64,000 bases of DNA, taken from Anthoceros angustus (Eukaryota; Plantae; Anthocerotophyta). Positions 1 through 12,559 of this stretch are shown piece by piece. Every line of letters begins with the position of its first letter. The stretch's first letter is position 1. The stretch is from assembly GCA_010909165.1 (NCBI GenBank), contig MU008165.1:372001-436000 (forward strand), read 5' to 3'. The position numbers and the translations under genes are program-made. Under the pieces are notes generated by a model. The model saw only the letters and a list, made by a program, of their open reading frames with translations, ran no database searches and was not told the origin of the DNA.

Positions 1-2331
1 GTGATCTGGGTGATGTAGGTCGCAGGGAAGGTGCCATTCAAGTTGTTGTTACTGACATCCCTGGACCACGGCGGAAGCTCGTTTCAAGATCAACATGCCA
101 AACTCATGATAGCACAAGAAATAAGCGCACGAAGTCCAGGTCGCACTCACAAAGTTTTCAAAGAAAAAAGTTGTGCGACCCAAGTGGGCAAAGGGCCAGA
201 GAATTGGTTGTCAGATAGGTTCCTGTCAGTTGCAACCAGACACCCAACATCAGTTGGGGCAGTACTCAAACGCAAGCAGCACGCCCTCATCATGATCGCT
301 TGCACAACGATTTCTCAAGCTCCGGGACCCAGTTCCCTTCGCCTGCTGTCATGCAAACTGAGTTGCCAGGGTCACAGGGTCATGGACTACAGGTTTTGAA
401 GAGCTGCCAGGCCTGAAGTGGCTGTCGGAATCGGGCCGCTGAGTCCCTTGCCCGAGAGATCCCTGCAAACATTGGCAACACGTACACAGTCAATTGCTGT
501 CTTGTACAAGTACACTGACATGCCTGCAGGCCAACATGTGCTGGGTAGAACTTCACAAGGCTGTCACTGCATTGTCGGTACAGAGGACTTCATCCCAAGG
601 CACAGGATTGCACGGATCCCCCGTCCACCGACTGTGGTTCAAAGCCAGCTTTAACCCAGCCAGTGCAGTGACTGCAATCAAGCACCCACATAGTTAGTAG
701 AAAAAGCCATGGAAACGACCAAACAGGGGACCTTCTCCAGGAACTCACCATCTTCCGCATTTGTAGGTGATCCCAGTGGGATGATCTGATACACCTCGAC
801 TGCGTTCATAATCGGGGGCAGGTCCGTGTCGGCATCAGGAACCAAAGTGAACACCAGTGAGGGGTCAGTCTCAGGAACAGTGTAGTTCGTTATTCCAAAC
901 TGGCACACATAGAGCGGAGGAAGAGCTGTGACATTGAGAACATTGCCCGGTGGAGGCAAGTAGTTGAAATTCGGCACGAAGTCCATTACACGGCTGCAAA
1001 ACCCCAAACCGGGCATGAGCTGCCAGAAATGTTAATGGCCATGAGGTGAAGAAGAAAACAAAGCAGGGAATGGTCCGAGCTGAAGTCACCTGAGTCCCGA
1101 GGTCCCAGTATTGTTGATCTCGGCAAAGAAAGCAAAGGCATAAACTTGAGGAGAGGGGTTGTTGTAGACCTCCAGAGTGACGGAGTAGTTGAGAAGATTG
1201 GGATCCGTGATGGCTGACTGCATGACAATGGGGGGAGGGTGGTCTGCCTGATAGATCGAATCGTAGACAAGCTGGGTAGGAGAGTTAGGATACCCAGGTG
1301 TAAAAATGCTCGTGTAGGTGTCTCCAGCACTCCTGGCCAAGGGCGGCCATATCCGATCAAAGCTATCAAAGGGATACCTACATGACGCAACACAAAGACT
1401 CCATGTCATGCCAGGGCCGACATTGCTGGGACCTTCATAGGCAGAGAGACAGATAGATATCCAACCTGTACGTGGTCACCTCCTCCCCACAGTTGCGCCG
1501 GACGAGGAGGGCCATGATGTTGCTGTCGTCGCCCAATGTGGCGATATAGTCCTCGCGAGTGACGGGCCTGAGCTCCAGGGTGTTGATAAACGGGTCGCTG
1601 CTGTCGGTGCGGATCAAGCAGACGCTGATGCTGGGCTTGGTAGTGATGAGCAGGACCTCGTACGTGGAGAACGTATTGGGAGTAGTGTCAATGGTGACGT
1701 GCGTCCAGAACGTCTCCTCCACAGCAAGCTGCCGCCATAGCACCAAGCATATCACACACACCGGCCTGTCCAGAAACCAGAAATGCACCGGAATCCAAAG
1801 CCGAATTCCGGGAAACGGAGGCAGCGGTGCCAGTACCTCGAACTTGATCCCGGATGCGGGCACCGAAGTGTAGCCCCCGAAGGAGAACCAGGCTCGCACC
1901 AGGTACTGCGTGTTGGGTGTGGCGAGGATGTCGTAGCAGTTTTTGGTGGGCGATGATGCCGCAGGGAAGTACCGGAGCGTGGTGAGGTCCGACACAACGG
2001 CATCTCCGGTGGACAAGGCCACGCCAGTGGAGATGAGGTTTGCGTCGCTCTGGAACGTGAGATTCGTGTCGGGATTGTGGTACGAGAATCCCGCGGGCGC
2101 GCCGCAGTCGATGTTGATGAATACTGCACACGCGCATTCCGGCATCCAGGTACTGGATATCTAATTCGGAGGCAAATTTCCAGGCAGCTGCAGCGCGCAC
2201 TCACCTGTGTAGATCTGTGCATGCGCAATGCGGTGTAGGCTCTCCAGGAGCACCATCCCCACAACCCATAGCAGGCACATCCTCCGAATTCCAGCGCGGG
2301 ATTCCATCGCCTGGGACTGGGAGAAGGCCAT
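1..2331 (-). CDS. Malectin-like domain LRR receptor-like kinase (LRR-I type), 5' part; the gene runs off the window start
   Basis: Signal peptide (MESRAGIRRMCLLWVVGMVLL), then spliced malectin-like motifs: FINIDCG, LRYFP...KNCY, YLVRAWF, PFINTLELRP, RYPFDSFDRIW, LPPIMNAVEVY and WTGDPCNPVPWDEVLC. Short LRR exons follow (LDLSGKGLSGPIP, LNLSDNQFSGPLP, LDVSNNNLNGTFP). GT-AG introns at e.g. 2124-2204, 1729-1836, 1378-1465, 994-1089. The kinase domain is not in the window and is inferred from the family. Confidence 0.88.
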
Positions 2332-2562
2332 CGTCACACTGTACAAGAACACCATCTCCAGCCTCATCTGGCTTCAAGCCTCGTCTTGCCTTTGTCCTGA
2401 AGCCCTCCGGCACATGAGGAGAAGGAGCCCCTCCCCGGGCCCCCCCGGTCCGGAGCAGCCTGCTTCCGCATGTCCGAAACACAGCTGTCACGTATTTCAT
2501 ATTCCTCGGACATCAACTATAAATCGTTAATGTAATAAGAGATCTTCGTACGATTCATCACA

Positions 2563-2643
2563 ACCACGACCAGATCAAATCACATTACGACCACGACCAT
2601 ATTAAATCACATTACGACCACGACCAGTTCAAATCACATTATT
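2563..2643. repeat. 27-bp tandem repeat, 3 copies, upstream of the RLK
   Basis: ACCACGACCAGATCAAATCACATTACG-like unit starts at 2563, 2590 and 2617. Confidence 0.85.
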
Positions 2644-3369
2644 GCGATCACAATCACATGTATGTTTATGATCATAATTATATATATATTTACGATCACG
2701 ATTACACATATAATTGAAGCGATTACGCGTGAATGAGGATGGTCGAACACAAAGTTCACAATCTCCACGATTAAGTGAGGACGGTCTTGTGCTCAAGAAC
2801 TCTCTCTTTATACATATATGCATGTGCAAAGATAGGTGATCCTATCTCCAGCATTATGGCTGCCATGAGTTGGAGAACGTTCTTTGGACTGAAAAAACCT
2901 ACTATGGGTTGGAGAATATTTTCTATAGAAACTAGATTGAAAACCTCCTAGTGTTATCTTATATTGTAACTAAGGATTTGAAAAGACCTACTTTTCTTAC
3001 TATCGGGCTGTTGGAAGCATCTTTCATTCATTATTATTGTTAAGTAGGTAGTCTCACGCACTAGAAGAACTCATTTTGTATAGCATAGAGAGATAGAATG
3101 GTCCCAACATGGCACTATTGAAAACCACCGAGCACTACATTGGGCATTGGGAGTAGAAGAATTGGACCAAAAATCTCCTAATGTTTCTACTATGTCGTAT
3201 CTAGGGGTTTGAGAAGATCTATGTACTGTCAGGTTGCAGTTGATGTATTCTAGCTAGGGTATTAAAAAGATTTGTCCACTACTAGATTGTAGTTGATATG
3301 TTCGACACCTGTCATCGGTGTTTTTCCTTTTCCTTTTCCTTTTCTTTTTTCTTTTCCTTCAAGAGGATC

Positions 3370-3778
3370 ATGTAGGACAATACCCAAGAATTGCAATGCA
3401 GCGCAATAGCCAAGAGTTGCAGTGCAATAGCCAAGAGTTGCAGTGTAATAGCCAAGAGTTGCAGTGCAAGACTGTAGCCAAGAATTGCAAGGTAGCCAAG
3501 AGTTGCAGTGCAAGACTGTAGCCAAGAATTGCAAGGTAGCCAAGAGTTGTAGGACAGTAGCCAAGAGTTGCAATGCAGGACAATAGCTAATCGTTGTAGG
3601 ACAGTAGCCAAGAGTTGCAGGACAGTAGCCAAGAGTTGTAGGACAGTAGCCAAGAGTTGCAGGACAGTAGCCAAGAGTTGCAGGACGTAGCCAAGAGTTG
3701 CAGGACAGTAGCCAAGAGTTGCAGGACAGTAGCCAAGAGTTGCAGGACATTAGCCAAGAGTTGCAGGACAGTAGCCAA
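3370..3778. repeat. Composite 21-bp minisatellite (core GTAGCCAAGAGTTGCAGGACA)
   Basis: About 18 degenerate units. Variants are ATAGCCAAGAGTTGCAGTGCA (3406-3470) and GTAGCCAAGAGTTGCAGGACA (3545-3777), plus a duplicated higher-order block at about 3465-3550. Confidence 0.95.
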
Positions 3779-4198
3779 AGATTTGCAAGATATTCTATGG
3801 ATGTGACTTGCTGTCTTCTTTGAACGTGGAAAGATGGAAATGGAATTGAATATGGCCTAAATCAAGACTTGCACCTTTACGAAAGACTACCACTCGTCTT
3901 CTATCACAAGAGGAGCTTTTCACGACCTTTCGGGTCTTCCTTTTTGACTTCAGGATGACCTTAGGTGCTCCTTTTTTAGGGCCTTGGGTTTCCCTTTGTG
4001 ACATTCGGATGGAGCTTAGTTGCTCCTTTTTGGCCCTTGGCGTTTCTCTCTGTGACTTTTGGGATGGAGCTTAGTTGCACCTTTTTTTTTCCGTGCCCAA
4101 TGAGTCGCCCTTTGATGTCCTCTGCAGGATGAGCTCTCCCATCATCTTCTCGTACTTTGACGGAACTATATAAGTCTCCCAATTCACTAAATGGCAGG

Positions 4199-4477
4199 CT
4201 ACCCTAAGCATGTGCAACTTATTCCGGCAACAGCTTGATCTCCGCGCGTTTCCATGTCACCACATCCTTTGTTCCCATCTGTCAAAAACCCGGCGAGATC
4301 ATTCGGTTCACAATATTTTGCATATCGAGATATCAGGGCATTCCATGTCACCGCATACCTTGTGGCCATGCTGTCCAAAACCTGGAGTGCATTTTTCAGT
4401 TCGCCACAATTTGCAAACATGTGCTGCACCAGGCAGTTGCCAACAAACAAGTTAGTAGACATGCTACTCTGCACCAC
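4199..4477 (-). pseudogene. Degenerate PLS-class PPR fragment
   Basis: LFVGNCLVQHMFANCGELKNALQVLDSMATRYAVTWNALISRYAK matches an S/P motif pair with an extra residue. No surrounding ORF. Confidence 0.75.
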
Positions 4478-5921
4478 ATCATATTGGGGGAGAGTAGCAT
4501 GCCAATCCGGATCTCTATAATGAGCGACCCAAAGAGCAGCTTGAAATGCAGAAGGACAACTCCTTAGATGAGACTGGCCAGTGAGAGATTTGCATTGAAC
4601 TTGCCGGATTTCAGTAGATACTCAATCTGTGCTGAACAGAGCCTGATTCACAAAACCCAGAGTTATGATGCTTGGTGTAGCACTTTGAGAGATGAACACT
4701 AGCTGGCAAGCAGTGCGCTCTCCATCCCTGCCCTTGGACATACGTGGCTGGAAAACTTGATCCTGCTCACGAGTACTTTCGACTAAGTAAAGACAGGGCA
4801 CTGCCACTACTGATGCTGCACTGCACGTTCCTGGCCTGCAACAGAGCACACAAAGGCCGAACGGCAAAAAATGCATACCTGCGGGCCCTCCCATCATCTA
4901 CAGGCACCATGACCCCATCTGCATATCCAAGGAAACGAGTTTCTCGTCAACCCAAGCTGGGGGGAACATGTTCTGTTTAAACATGTTTAGACTGGCTGGA
5001 AGCATCCTGCGTGCACCTCTCAGGCTCGTGTCTGCCACGACCAGATTCCAGAGCAGATTCCTTGGCCCCCATCTGCAAGGATGCAGCAGCTGCACTGGGC
5101 CTTGGGCCTTCCACATTGCGGCCCTTGGCACCCAACTCAACTCCATGTAAGGCCCTCAGGCTCGCCAGGCTCCTCCTGCAGGGCCATCCCTGCGGCTGCA
5201 TCATCAACCCACAGGACAGCAGCAGCCCAGGCCCACGTCTCCTCATCCGGACGCAGGCTCATCAAAATCATCCAGCTCCTGCCAAGCCCAGCCCGTGCTG
5301 CTGCTGCCAGCCCGCAGCATCCGAGCTACCATCACCGCCATGGGCAGTGCTGCTCATGTCACCACCTGGATCTGAAGCTCCAGCTTGCCTGGACGGATGC
5401 CAGACGGGCAAGCCCAGGGCCAGGGTGAAGGTCCTGGTAGCCGTCCTGGTAGCCGTCCTGGTAGACCCCAAGTCCCCTCAGCCTTGTGCACGAATCCTCC
5501 TCGAAGCTGCAGCCTGCCGCATTCTGTTCACACACATTACACCACCTGCCTGCAGGTGGCAAAGGAATCTTATGCCGCATTAGGAGTGGAGCGATCGTTT
5601 GAGCCTATTTGCAGCATGGCACGGCAGACATGAAGGATTTGCTCATCCAAGCCCTGGTTGGCTGGCTGTGAGAGTAGTCCACATAAGCACATCGTTTTTC
5701 AATTCGCTGTACAGTTCGTGCGGATCTGTACCAGGCTGCCCATCACACAGTCCTATCAGGTGCCCATCAGCTGAAGCTTTGGATCGCGAATCTGTGTTTG
5801 AAGCTGCTCCCAAGCTGGGAGTAGTACCTACAATTGCAAATGCCAGCAGTAGGCACACCAATGTCGCAGAAGTAGATGCAGAGATGCCTTGCTCTTGAAG
5901 CGTATTTCCAGAACAACAAGC

Positions 5922-8103
5922 ATGTCGGGGGGATTGTTATCCTGCATCGTCCCTTCTACAGCCGACTGCGGGTGTGTCTGTTTGGCCGTCCGCATCGGTC
6001 CAGTGCTGTGCCGTCCTAGGATTGGCAGAAGCATTTTTGTGGAGAGATTCTCCTCAGAGCAGCAGAGGGGAAGGATACGAACATTGATGCCGGTAAGAGC
6101 GTCTTCCGAGGGAACCACCACCTCCAGTGCCTCCAACGCTCTTCCCCTGGTTCCTGCGTCTGCTGCTGAAGCTGTCAACCTTGGTCTCTCTCTGTTCTCC
6201 AAAGGCAGGGTATAGGTTTGATTAAAGTTGTGCTCTTGGTGGGTTTTCCCTTTCCTCGTTGCATTGCCAGTCGGATTGAAGAGAATGCTGTTGATGGCCA
6301 GGTGGGAGATGCATTGGAGCTGTTCGATGCGGCCTTGTCGATGAATCCTAATTCACAAGAGGCTCAAGCTGCTCTCTACAACAAAGCCTGCTGCCATGCT
6401 TCCAGGCACGTACGTTATGCCATCCCCTGCCGGAGGATCCTAGATTTCTGAATTGTTGCTAACAGGACTGCCAGATGTTGAGTCTTGTTATTCTTCATCA
6501 GAGAGGAGGGTGAGAAGGCCTCGCAGGCCTTGAGGGAGGCTCTAGGGAAGTATGACCTCAAGTTCACCGTGATCCTTAATGATCCGGATATGGCTGCCTT
6601 CAGGGCAATGCCTGAATTTAAAGTTCTACAAGCTGAGGTATGGAGCTATTTCACATTTCATATCATGGCTTTGTCATGTGGAAGGGCTGCAGAAAAAGCA
6701 CTGGCTCAGATGCCAGGTGCAGCAAGGAGTAAGTGAAGTGAGAGGTCGGCTGACGGTCGTCTGCTGACAGGCCAGGAAGGGCGGGGAAGAAGTTGGTGAC
6801 AGCTTGCGAAGGGATCTGAAATTGATCAGTGAAGTGCAGGATCCCTTTCGGGCTGTTCGGAAGTTCTTCTACGTTGCATTTTCCGCAGCAGCAGGGATTT
6901 CCACTCTGTTCACTGCACCCCGTCTTATTCAGGCTATACAGGGTGGAGAAACTGCACCCGACGTGATTGGTCCTCTCCAAAATTTAGCCATCAATCTTGC
7001 GGGTGAGTCGGGCTAGTGTGTGGGGGATGCACATAACAGCTTGAACAGAAAACGGTCACCGTCATGTCAGTCTCTCATGACTTTTGATTCGGCAGGTATA
7101 CTGGTCTTCGGTGGGTTGTTTTACTGGGATGTAAAGAAGGAGGAAGAACAGATGGCAATCATCTCCCGCAATGAAGTTCTTTCTAGGTTACCTTTGCGAT
7201 TGCAATCATCCAAGATAGTAGAATTGGTGCAGCTCCGTGAAAACACAAGACCGGTCAGTTTCCTCAGTGAAAGGATTGCTGTCCAGCAGAACTGTCTTGG
7301 TAAGCTATGTTATGGTGGACTCACCTTCGTTGTTGGTATCAGGTTATTATTGTTGGCACGAAGGAAGTTGTCGACAAGGCTGTGAAACAGGCAGAGAGGT
7401 ATCGGGAAGAGCTTTTGAAAAGGGGAGTCTTGCTGATTCCTTTGATCTGGAACGCTTCCAAAGAGGAAGTAACCAAGAAAAAAGGTTTTGGAGGTCAGCG
7501 CAAGCCTTCAATGAGCCCTGTCTCTGGCCTGGTAGCTACATCCAAATATTTACTGCTCACAGTGTCCAGCAGGGTGGATGTCTAAGATTCCATCTTCTCT
7601 CTGTCATTCAAGAGTGTAAGACGACTGGGCTTGGTGGCATGACCAGGATGATTTTGAAAAAAGGTCACGGGAGATTGCCTCCAAGGCAATCGGTCAGTCT
7701 GAGAAGCGTTTTAAGGCAGATCCTGTGTCGCCTTCCGAATGGGAAAGGTTTGTGGAGTGACCTTGAGCTCCTGCCGTTTGAAGTTCCGACGCAAGGTTGC
7801 TTGCTGATGTTGTCTCTGGCTTCAATTGGTCACGGTTTGCAGTTGGGTCAGGGACCAGCAAGAAGCAGAAGGTGTTAGACCTGGTGAAGATGTGTATATA
7901 GTGCTTCGTCTGGATGGACGCGTTCGCAAATCAGGCAGGGTAAGGAGGAGCAGGATGGTTTTTGTGTTGGTATCGCGTCTCTTCTACCCGTGTACAGGTT
8001 TTCTGACATGTCTTCCTTGCTCCTTCAGGGAATCCCAGACTGGCAAGGGTTGATCGACGAGCTACCTCCTTTGGATGCGCTTTTGAGTAAGCTAGAGAAA
8101 TGA
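5922..8103 (+). CDS. LPA1: LOW PSII ACCUMULATION 1 (TPR + DUF3493), chloroplast
   Basis: Transit-peptide-like exon 1 ending AVNLGLSLFSKGR (5922-6209). Further motifs: TPR ALELFDAAL...ALYNKACCHA, DLKLISEVQDPFRAVRKFFY, LSRLPLRLQS...ELVQLRENTRP, GEDVYIVLRLDGRVRKSGR, and C-terminal ELPPLDALLSKLEK-stop at 8101-8103. About nine exons. Start codon uncertain. Confidence 0.93.
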
Positions 8104-9286
8104 CCGCCACTGATACCAACGGCTTGAATTGTCAGAGGACCGACAAGTATGGTAGTGCCTTCAGTAGCAGGCGTCAATGAGGAGAGGCCTGCACCAGTTT
8201 ACTGTTTTCAGCATTGGTTGCTGCTGCAATATTAGTCTAAATGATCCACCATTCCGGCCCCAATTTCAGGCGTTGTGCCCTATTCTGTCAATGCTGCTGT
8301 GCCACTGCAACGTCTTCACTGCCACAGTCGATGTACTGTCATCAACAGAATCCTTTGACTAATCCAGTTAACGGACTGTTACCATCCAAGAGGCACAAAT
8401 TCCAACAGACGCATCCCTCCATGAATCCAAACCCTTCTACATCGACTACCTCTTGCTGATTCTGTTCTGTCGACTTTCAGAAAGTTGCTGTTGCTCACCA
8501 TGTCGTCGGACGAGGAGACCAAGGGGAAGAGGAAACCACACCCTCCATGCAGCCACCACATAGCCAACTACACCCTATGTCCAGGTGCCCTCTCCTTGGA
8601 TCGTCCTGCCTGGAAGGACAAAGTCCGATTGGAAAAGCTTGCTCTCCTTCACACCAAAAACTTTCTGTTTGGCGCAAAGAAGAAACTCCCCGGCCAGAAG
8701 TAAGTAGCGGAAAGAAGCGCCTTCCTGGGGAGTCAGGGTAAAACGTAAGAGGTAACCCTAGCCCTAGTCTTCTACTGGAGGTAATCGCTCTTCTCTTTCC
8801 TGCTACACATGTATTGGCGCATAACCGTGTGTGCTAACTCCTGCCATGGTGGCTTGAATCACGCCCGGATGACGGCGAGGTGTAATCTAGCTCAAGCGGG
8901 ATGCTGCGCGAGCGGAATTGTACTAGAAAAATTTCTCTTTGAACTCTGAACTCACGTCCTGAAAATCAACAACAAAAATGTGACGGGCCTTGTGCTGCGA
9001 TTGCGATTCTGTTTGAATGGATCTGAGCTCTGAGCTTGTTCAAGTATGCAATTTTGTGTCCAAGGTTTGAAGAATTTCTTCAGGTCCTCATTTCATCCAC
9101 GTTTGTGCACCCCTGCTACGATTCAGCCATCCTTCATGTTGAGACATGATGCCCCAAGGCTGCCTGAGATTTCCTCTCGCATCCTCCCGCATTTTTCTTC
9201 CTACAATCTGGAAGGATGTGCTTGTTCTTTAAACCTGGGCATGATAAGAAGCGGTCTTTGCGTGTCAGAAGGAAGGCTTGGTTGTC

Positions 9287-11848
9287 ATGCTTCTGGCTTG
9301 GGGGTTTGCAACATGTAGCAGCCCCTCCTTGGGGTGGAGGATTGCTTTATCGGGTCCGTGCGTCCAAAACCAAGTCTACAACCACAGAACCCTAGAGTGT
9401 AAGGCGCGTCGATTTGGGCAGTATGATTTGAAGCAGAATTCAGGACTTTCTAGTCCATCTCCGCCGGGCATTGCAGCCAGAACAAGGCTTTGTAAAAATT
9501 GCAGATTACCCACCTCACGCCATTCCTTGACTGGTAGTAAGTCACAGCGCTCGCCAGCAGAATTGGGTCCATGGGAGGACGTTCGGAGCTTATGCCGGGA
9601 AGGACGTCTGCTGGAGGCATTGAATGCTCTGCAGATTGTGGAGCCGCAGGACAGTGTGGCTTCCCTGCAAATCTACGCGTGCCTTATACAAGAGTGCACG
9701 AAAAGGAGGGCCTTGGTTGAGGCCAGACGGGTGCGGGCCTTTCTGGCCAGCAATGGGCTTCTTCTGTCTGAGAGCTATCTGGGGAACTTGGCTGTCGACA
9801 TGCTGGTCAACTGTGGCAGCCTTTCAGATGCTCTGGAGGTCTTATGGCTGTTGCCCGACACCACAGCTCGGTCTTGGACAGCCGTAATCTCAGGGTTTTG
9901 TAAGGGTGGACAAGAACGGGATGCGCTCAGAATGTACAATCTAATGCAGGAGAGGGAGGTGGAGCCCAACAAATTCACCTTTGTCTGTCTACTGAAAGCC
10001 TGTGGATGCCTCGGTGACGTGGAACAAGGCAAAAGGATTCATGCTGATGTTGTGAGATTTGGATGTGAGTCTGATGTGTTTGTGGCCACCGCTTTGCTCG
10101 GGATGTATGCAAAATGTGGTAGCATGGCAGATGCACGCCTTGTGTTTGACACATTGCCTGAGCGTGATGTAGTTTCATGGAACGCTATGATTTCAGGATA
10201 TGCCCAGCAAAATCAGGGTGAGCAGGCTTTGCAGCTGTATGCTCAGATGCAAGTGGCAGGAGAACGGCCAAACGATCGGACGTTTGTCAGCGTGCTGAAA
10301 GCTAGTGCAAGCCTTGCGGCGAAGGAGTTATCCGAGTTGGTGGATGGGCAGCATGTGAAAGTAGGATGTCTGCAAAGGGGGAAGAGGGTTAATTTCGAAG
10401 CTGCTTGTGAGGGCTTTGATTCAAATGTATTTGTTGGTAACACTCTGATTGACATGTATAGTAGATGCGGAAGCTTGGTTGATGCTCAGCAGGTGTTTGA
10501 CACCCTATCTCACCGCACTGTGGTGACATGGAATGCGCTCTTAGCAGGTTATGTCCAGCAAGATCAAACTGACAAGGCACTGCAACTTTTTAGTGAGATG
10601 CAGAGGAAAGGTGTGAAGGCAAACTGTCGATCCTTCGTAAGTGTACTGAAAGCATGTGGAAGCAAGGTAACCACGGATGGCGCCATGGTTGTGAACAAGC
10701 ACTCAGTTAGCATCGGGTGCCTGCAGAAGGGGAAGGCCATCCATTGTGAAATTCTCCAATGTGGCCTTCAGCCCGATGTGTTTCTCGGGGCTACTCTGGT
10801 TGACATGTATGCTAAATGTGGCAGCATGGTGGACGCAGAGCATGTATTTGATCAATTACCTCAGCGTGATATCGTCACTTGGACAGCCATGATTGCAGGT
10901 TACACCGAGCAAGAACAGGGTGAACAGGCACTGAGCCTGTATGCAGACATGCAAAGGCTCGGAGTCCGACCAAACGAAGCGACCTTTCTCAGCATCCTGA
11001 AAGCCACCAGCCAAATCGGAGCACTGAATATATGTTCTCAAATTCACCATGATATCCTTGAAAGTGATGTGAAGTTCACCTCAAGCTTGGCAACCACCCT
11101 TATTCATGCGTACGGCAAGTGTGGAAGCTTGGTGCATGCTCAGGATGTATTTGATGCCTTGCTGCATCATGATGTCTACTGCTGGACTGCATTGATAGCA
11201 GGATACGCACAGCAAGGCGAGGGTTTAAAAAGCTTGCAATGCTTCACGCAGATGCTGCAGTCTGGTGTTGAGCCCGATGGTATCACTTTCTTGTCTGTCT
11301 TGGCAGCATGCAGCCATGCAGGGTTGGTTGAGGAGGGCCTCACCGTGTTTGAGAGTATGAGCAGGGATCATGGCATCACCAAGACGATTGAACATTACGT
11401 GAGTCTGGTCGATCTTCTTGGCCGTGCAGGGCTCTTTGATAAGGTGGGGGAAATACTTTCACAAATGCCTTTCAAGCCCAATATGGCTTTTTGGTTATCT
11501 CTGCTTGGTGCATGTCAAAAACACAACAACGTAGATCTTGGAAGGCGCGCATTTGAGGGCGCCGTACAGTTGGAATCAACACTAGGTGCACCATATGTAA
11601 TGATGACAAGCATTTATGTCCAGGCTCATATGTTGGACGATGCATGCAAGATAGAGCATATGAGACGAACTGCATCTCCGTGGAAGGTTCCTGGGTTGAG
11701 CTGGGTAGAGCACGATGATGCAATTCATGTATTTGTTGCTGGAGATTCAAATCATTCTGGAATTCAACACGTACAGTCAAAACTGGTTGATCTCAGCCGA
11801 TTGCTGGGTATGAAGGCATCGGATTCCAGCATGGGGATGAGGCTGTGA
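9287..11848 (+). CDS. PLS-class PPR protein, E/E+ subclass without DYW domain (organellar RNA-editing factor)
   Basis: Intronless ORF with first ATG at 9287. Repeated P/L/S motifs (DVVSWNAMISGYAQQ, TFVSVLKAC, VFVGNTLIDMYSRCG), E1/E2 (HYVSLVDLLGRAG, WLSLLGAC), PG box KVPGLSWVE and HVFVAGD. Stops before any DYW domain. Confidence 0.95.
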   Translation: MLLAWGFATCSSPSLGWRIALSGPCVQNQVYNHRTLECKARRFGQYDLKQNSGLSSPSPPGIAARTRLCKNCRLPTSRHSLTGSKSQRSPAELGPWEDVRSLCREGRLLEALNALQIVEPQDSVASLQIYACLIQECTKRRALVEARRVRAFLASNGLLLSESYLGNLAVDMLVNCGSLSDALEVLWLLPDTTARSWTAVISGFCKGGQERDALRMYNLMQEREVEPNKFTFVCLLKACGCLGDVEQGKRIHADVVRFGCESDVFVATALLGMYAKCGSMADARLVFDTLPERDVVSWNAMISGYAQQNQGEQALQLYAQMQVAGERPNDRTFVSVLKASASLAAKELSELVDGQHVKVGCLQRGKRVNFEAACEGFDSNVFVGNTLIDMYSRCGSLVDAQQVFDTLSHRTVVTWNALLAGYVQQDQTDKALQLFSEMQRKGVKANCRSFVSVLKACGSKVTTDGAMVVNKHSVSIGCLQKGKAIHCEILQCGLQPDVFLGATLVDMYAKCGSMVDAEHVFDQLPQRDIVTWTAMIAGYTEQEQGEQALSLYADMQRLGVRPNEATFLSILKATSQIGALNICSQIHHDILESDVKFTSSLATTLIHAYGKCGSLVHAQDVFDALLHHDVYCWTALIAGYAQQGEGLKSLQCFTQMLQSGVEPDGITFLSVLAACSHAGLVEEGLTVFESMSRDHGITKTIEHYVSLVDLLGRAGLFDKVGEILSQMPFKPNMAFWLSLLGACQKHNNVDLGRRAFEGAVQLESTLGAPYVMMTSIYVQAHMLDDACKIEHMRRTASPWKVPGLSWVEHDDAIHVFVAGDSNHSGIQHVQSKLVDLSRLLGMKASDSSMGMRL

Positions 11849-12559
11849 TCCGTTCGGAGAAACTTTGCATGCTGCTATCTGGGTATAGCTTGTGCGGAAT
11901 CTTGGAGGTGGGTAGCAGAGCTCTCTAGGAGTAGTAATAGACATACTATTTGCTGGGATGCTGGGATTCTGTTATGATAGAATAGGAAATAGTGTTACTA
12001 AAAATTGAAGAATCTACAAGCCATGGAAACATGACATAACAAGCTAGGAAGCTGCTCCGTGGCAATAATCTACATGTAGCCTTCTATCCATGACAGGGAG
12101 GCAAGGTAACTGTCTGTTTGTGTTTATTACAACCTTCACAAGAGGTTCTTCAACAGAAAGTTACCACAGCTGACGGAAAAGTGAGCAGTTTCCGACAGCC
12201 TGGATTCACTGGAGCACCTTCACTTCTTTGTAGACTACATACAGCAAGGATACTACAAGGTGGGCGAACAACTTGCTTCCAGCTTTGCATTTGCACGACA
12301 CTGAAACTAGTACACTGACCCAACTGTCTGCCTTTTAAGTTCTCTGGTGGTCCGCCTCGTTCTTAAGACCGGCCCATTCTGGACAGGAAGTACTGCACAG
12401 GAATTGTGCACGCCTTCACAAGGCAATACATAAATTCAGCACCTGCTACTGGAAGATGTGACAGGTTCGCTGTACGGGCCCAAAACGCAACTCTGCTCCT
12501 GCACGACTTCGTCATGCCGCTGCTCAGAAAAGTTGGTCGTAGGTAGCAACCTTGATGTG

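Noticed and set aside
3370-3778. CRISPR-like array, or a repeat protein from ORFs 3262-3750 and 3312-3674
   Set aside because: The units are contiguous with no unique spacers, there are no cas genes, and the context is eukaryotic. The ORFs are a by-product of the 21-bp period.
8485-8703. RTE-like C-terminal motif (LSLDRPAWKDKV)
   Set aside because: A single short motif with no RT upstream and no tail; could be chance.
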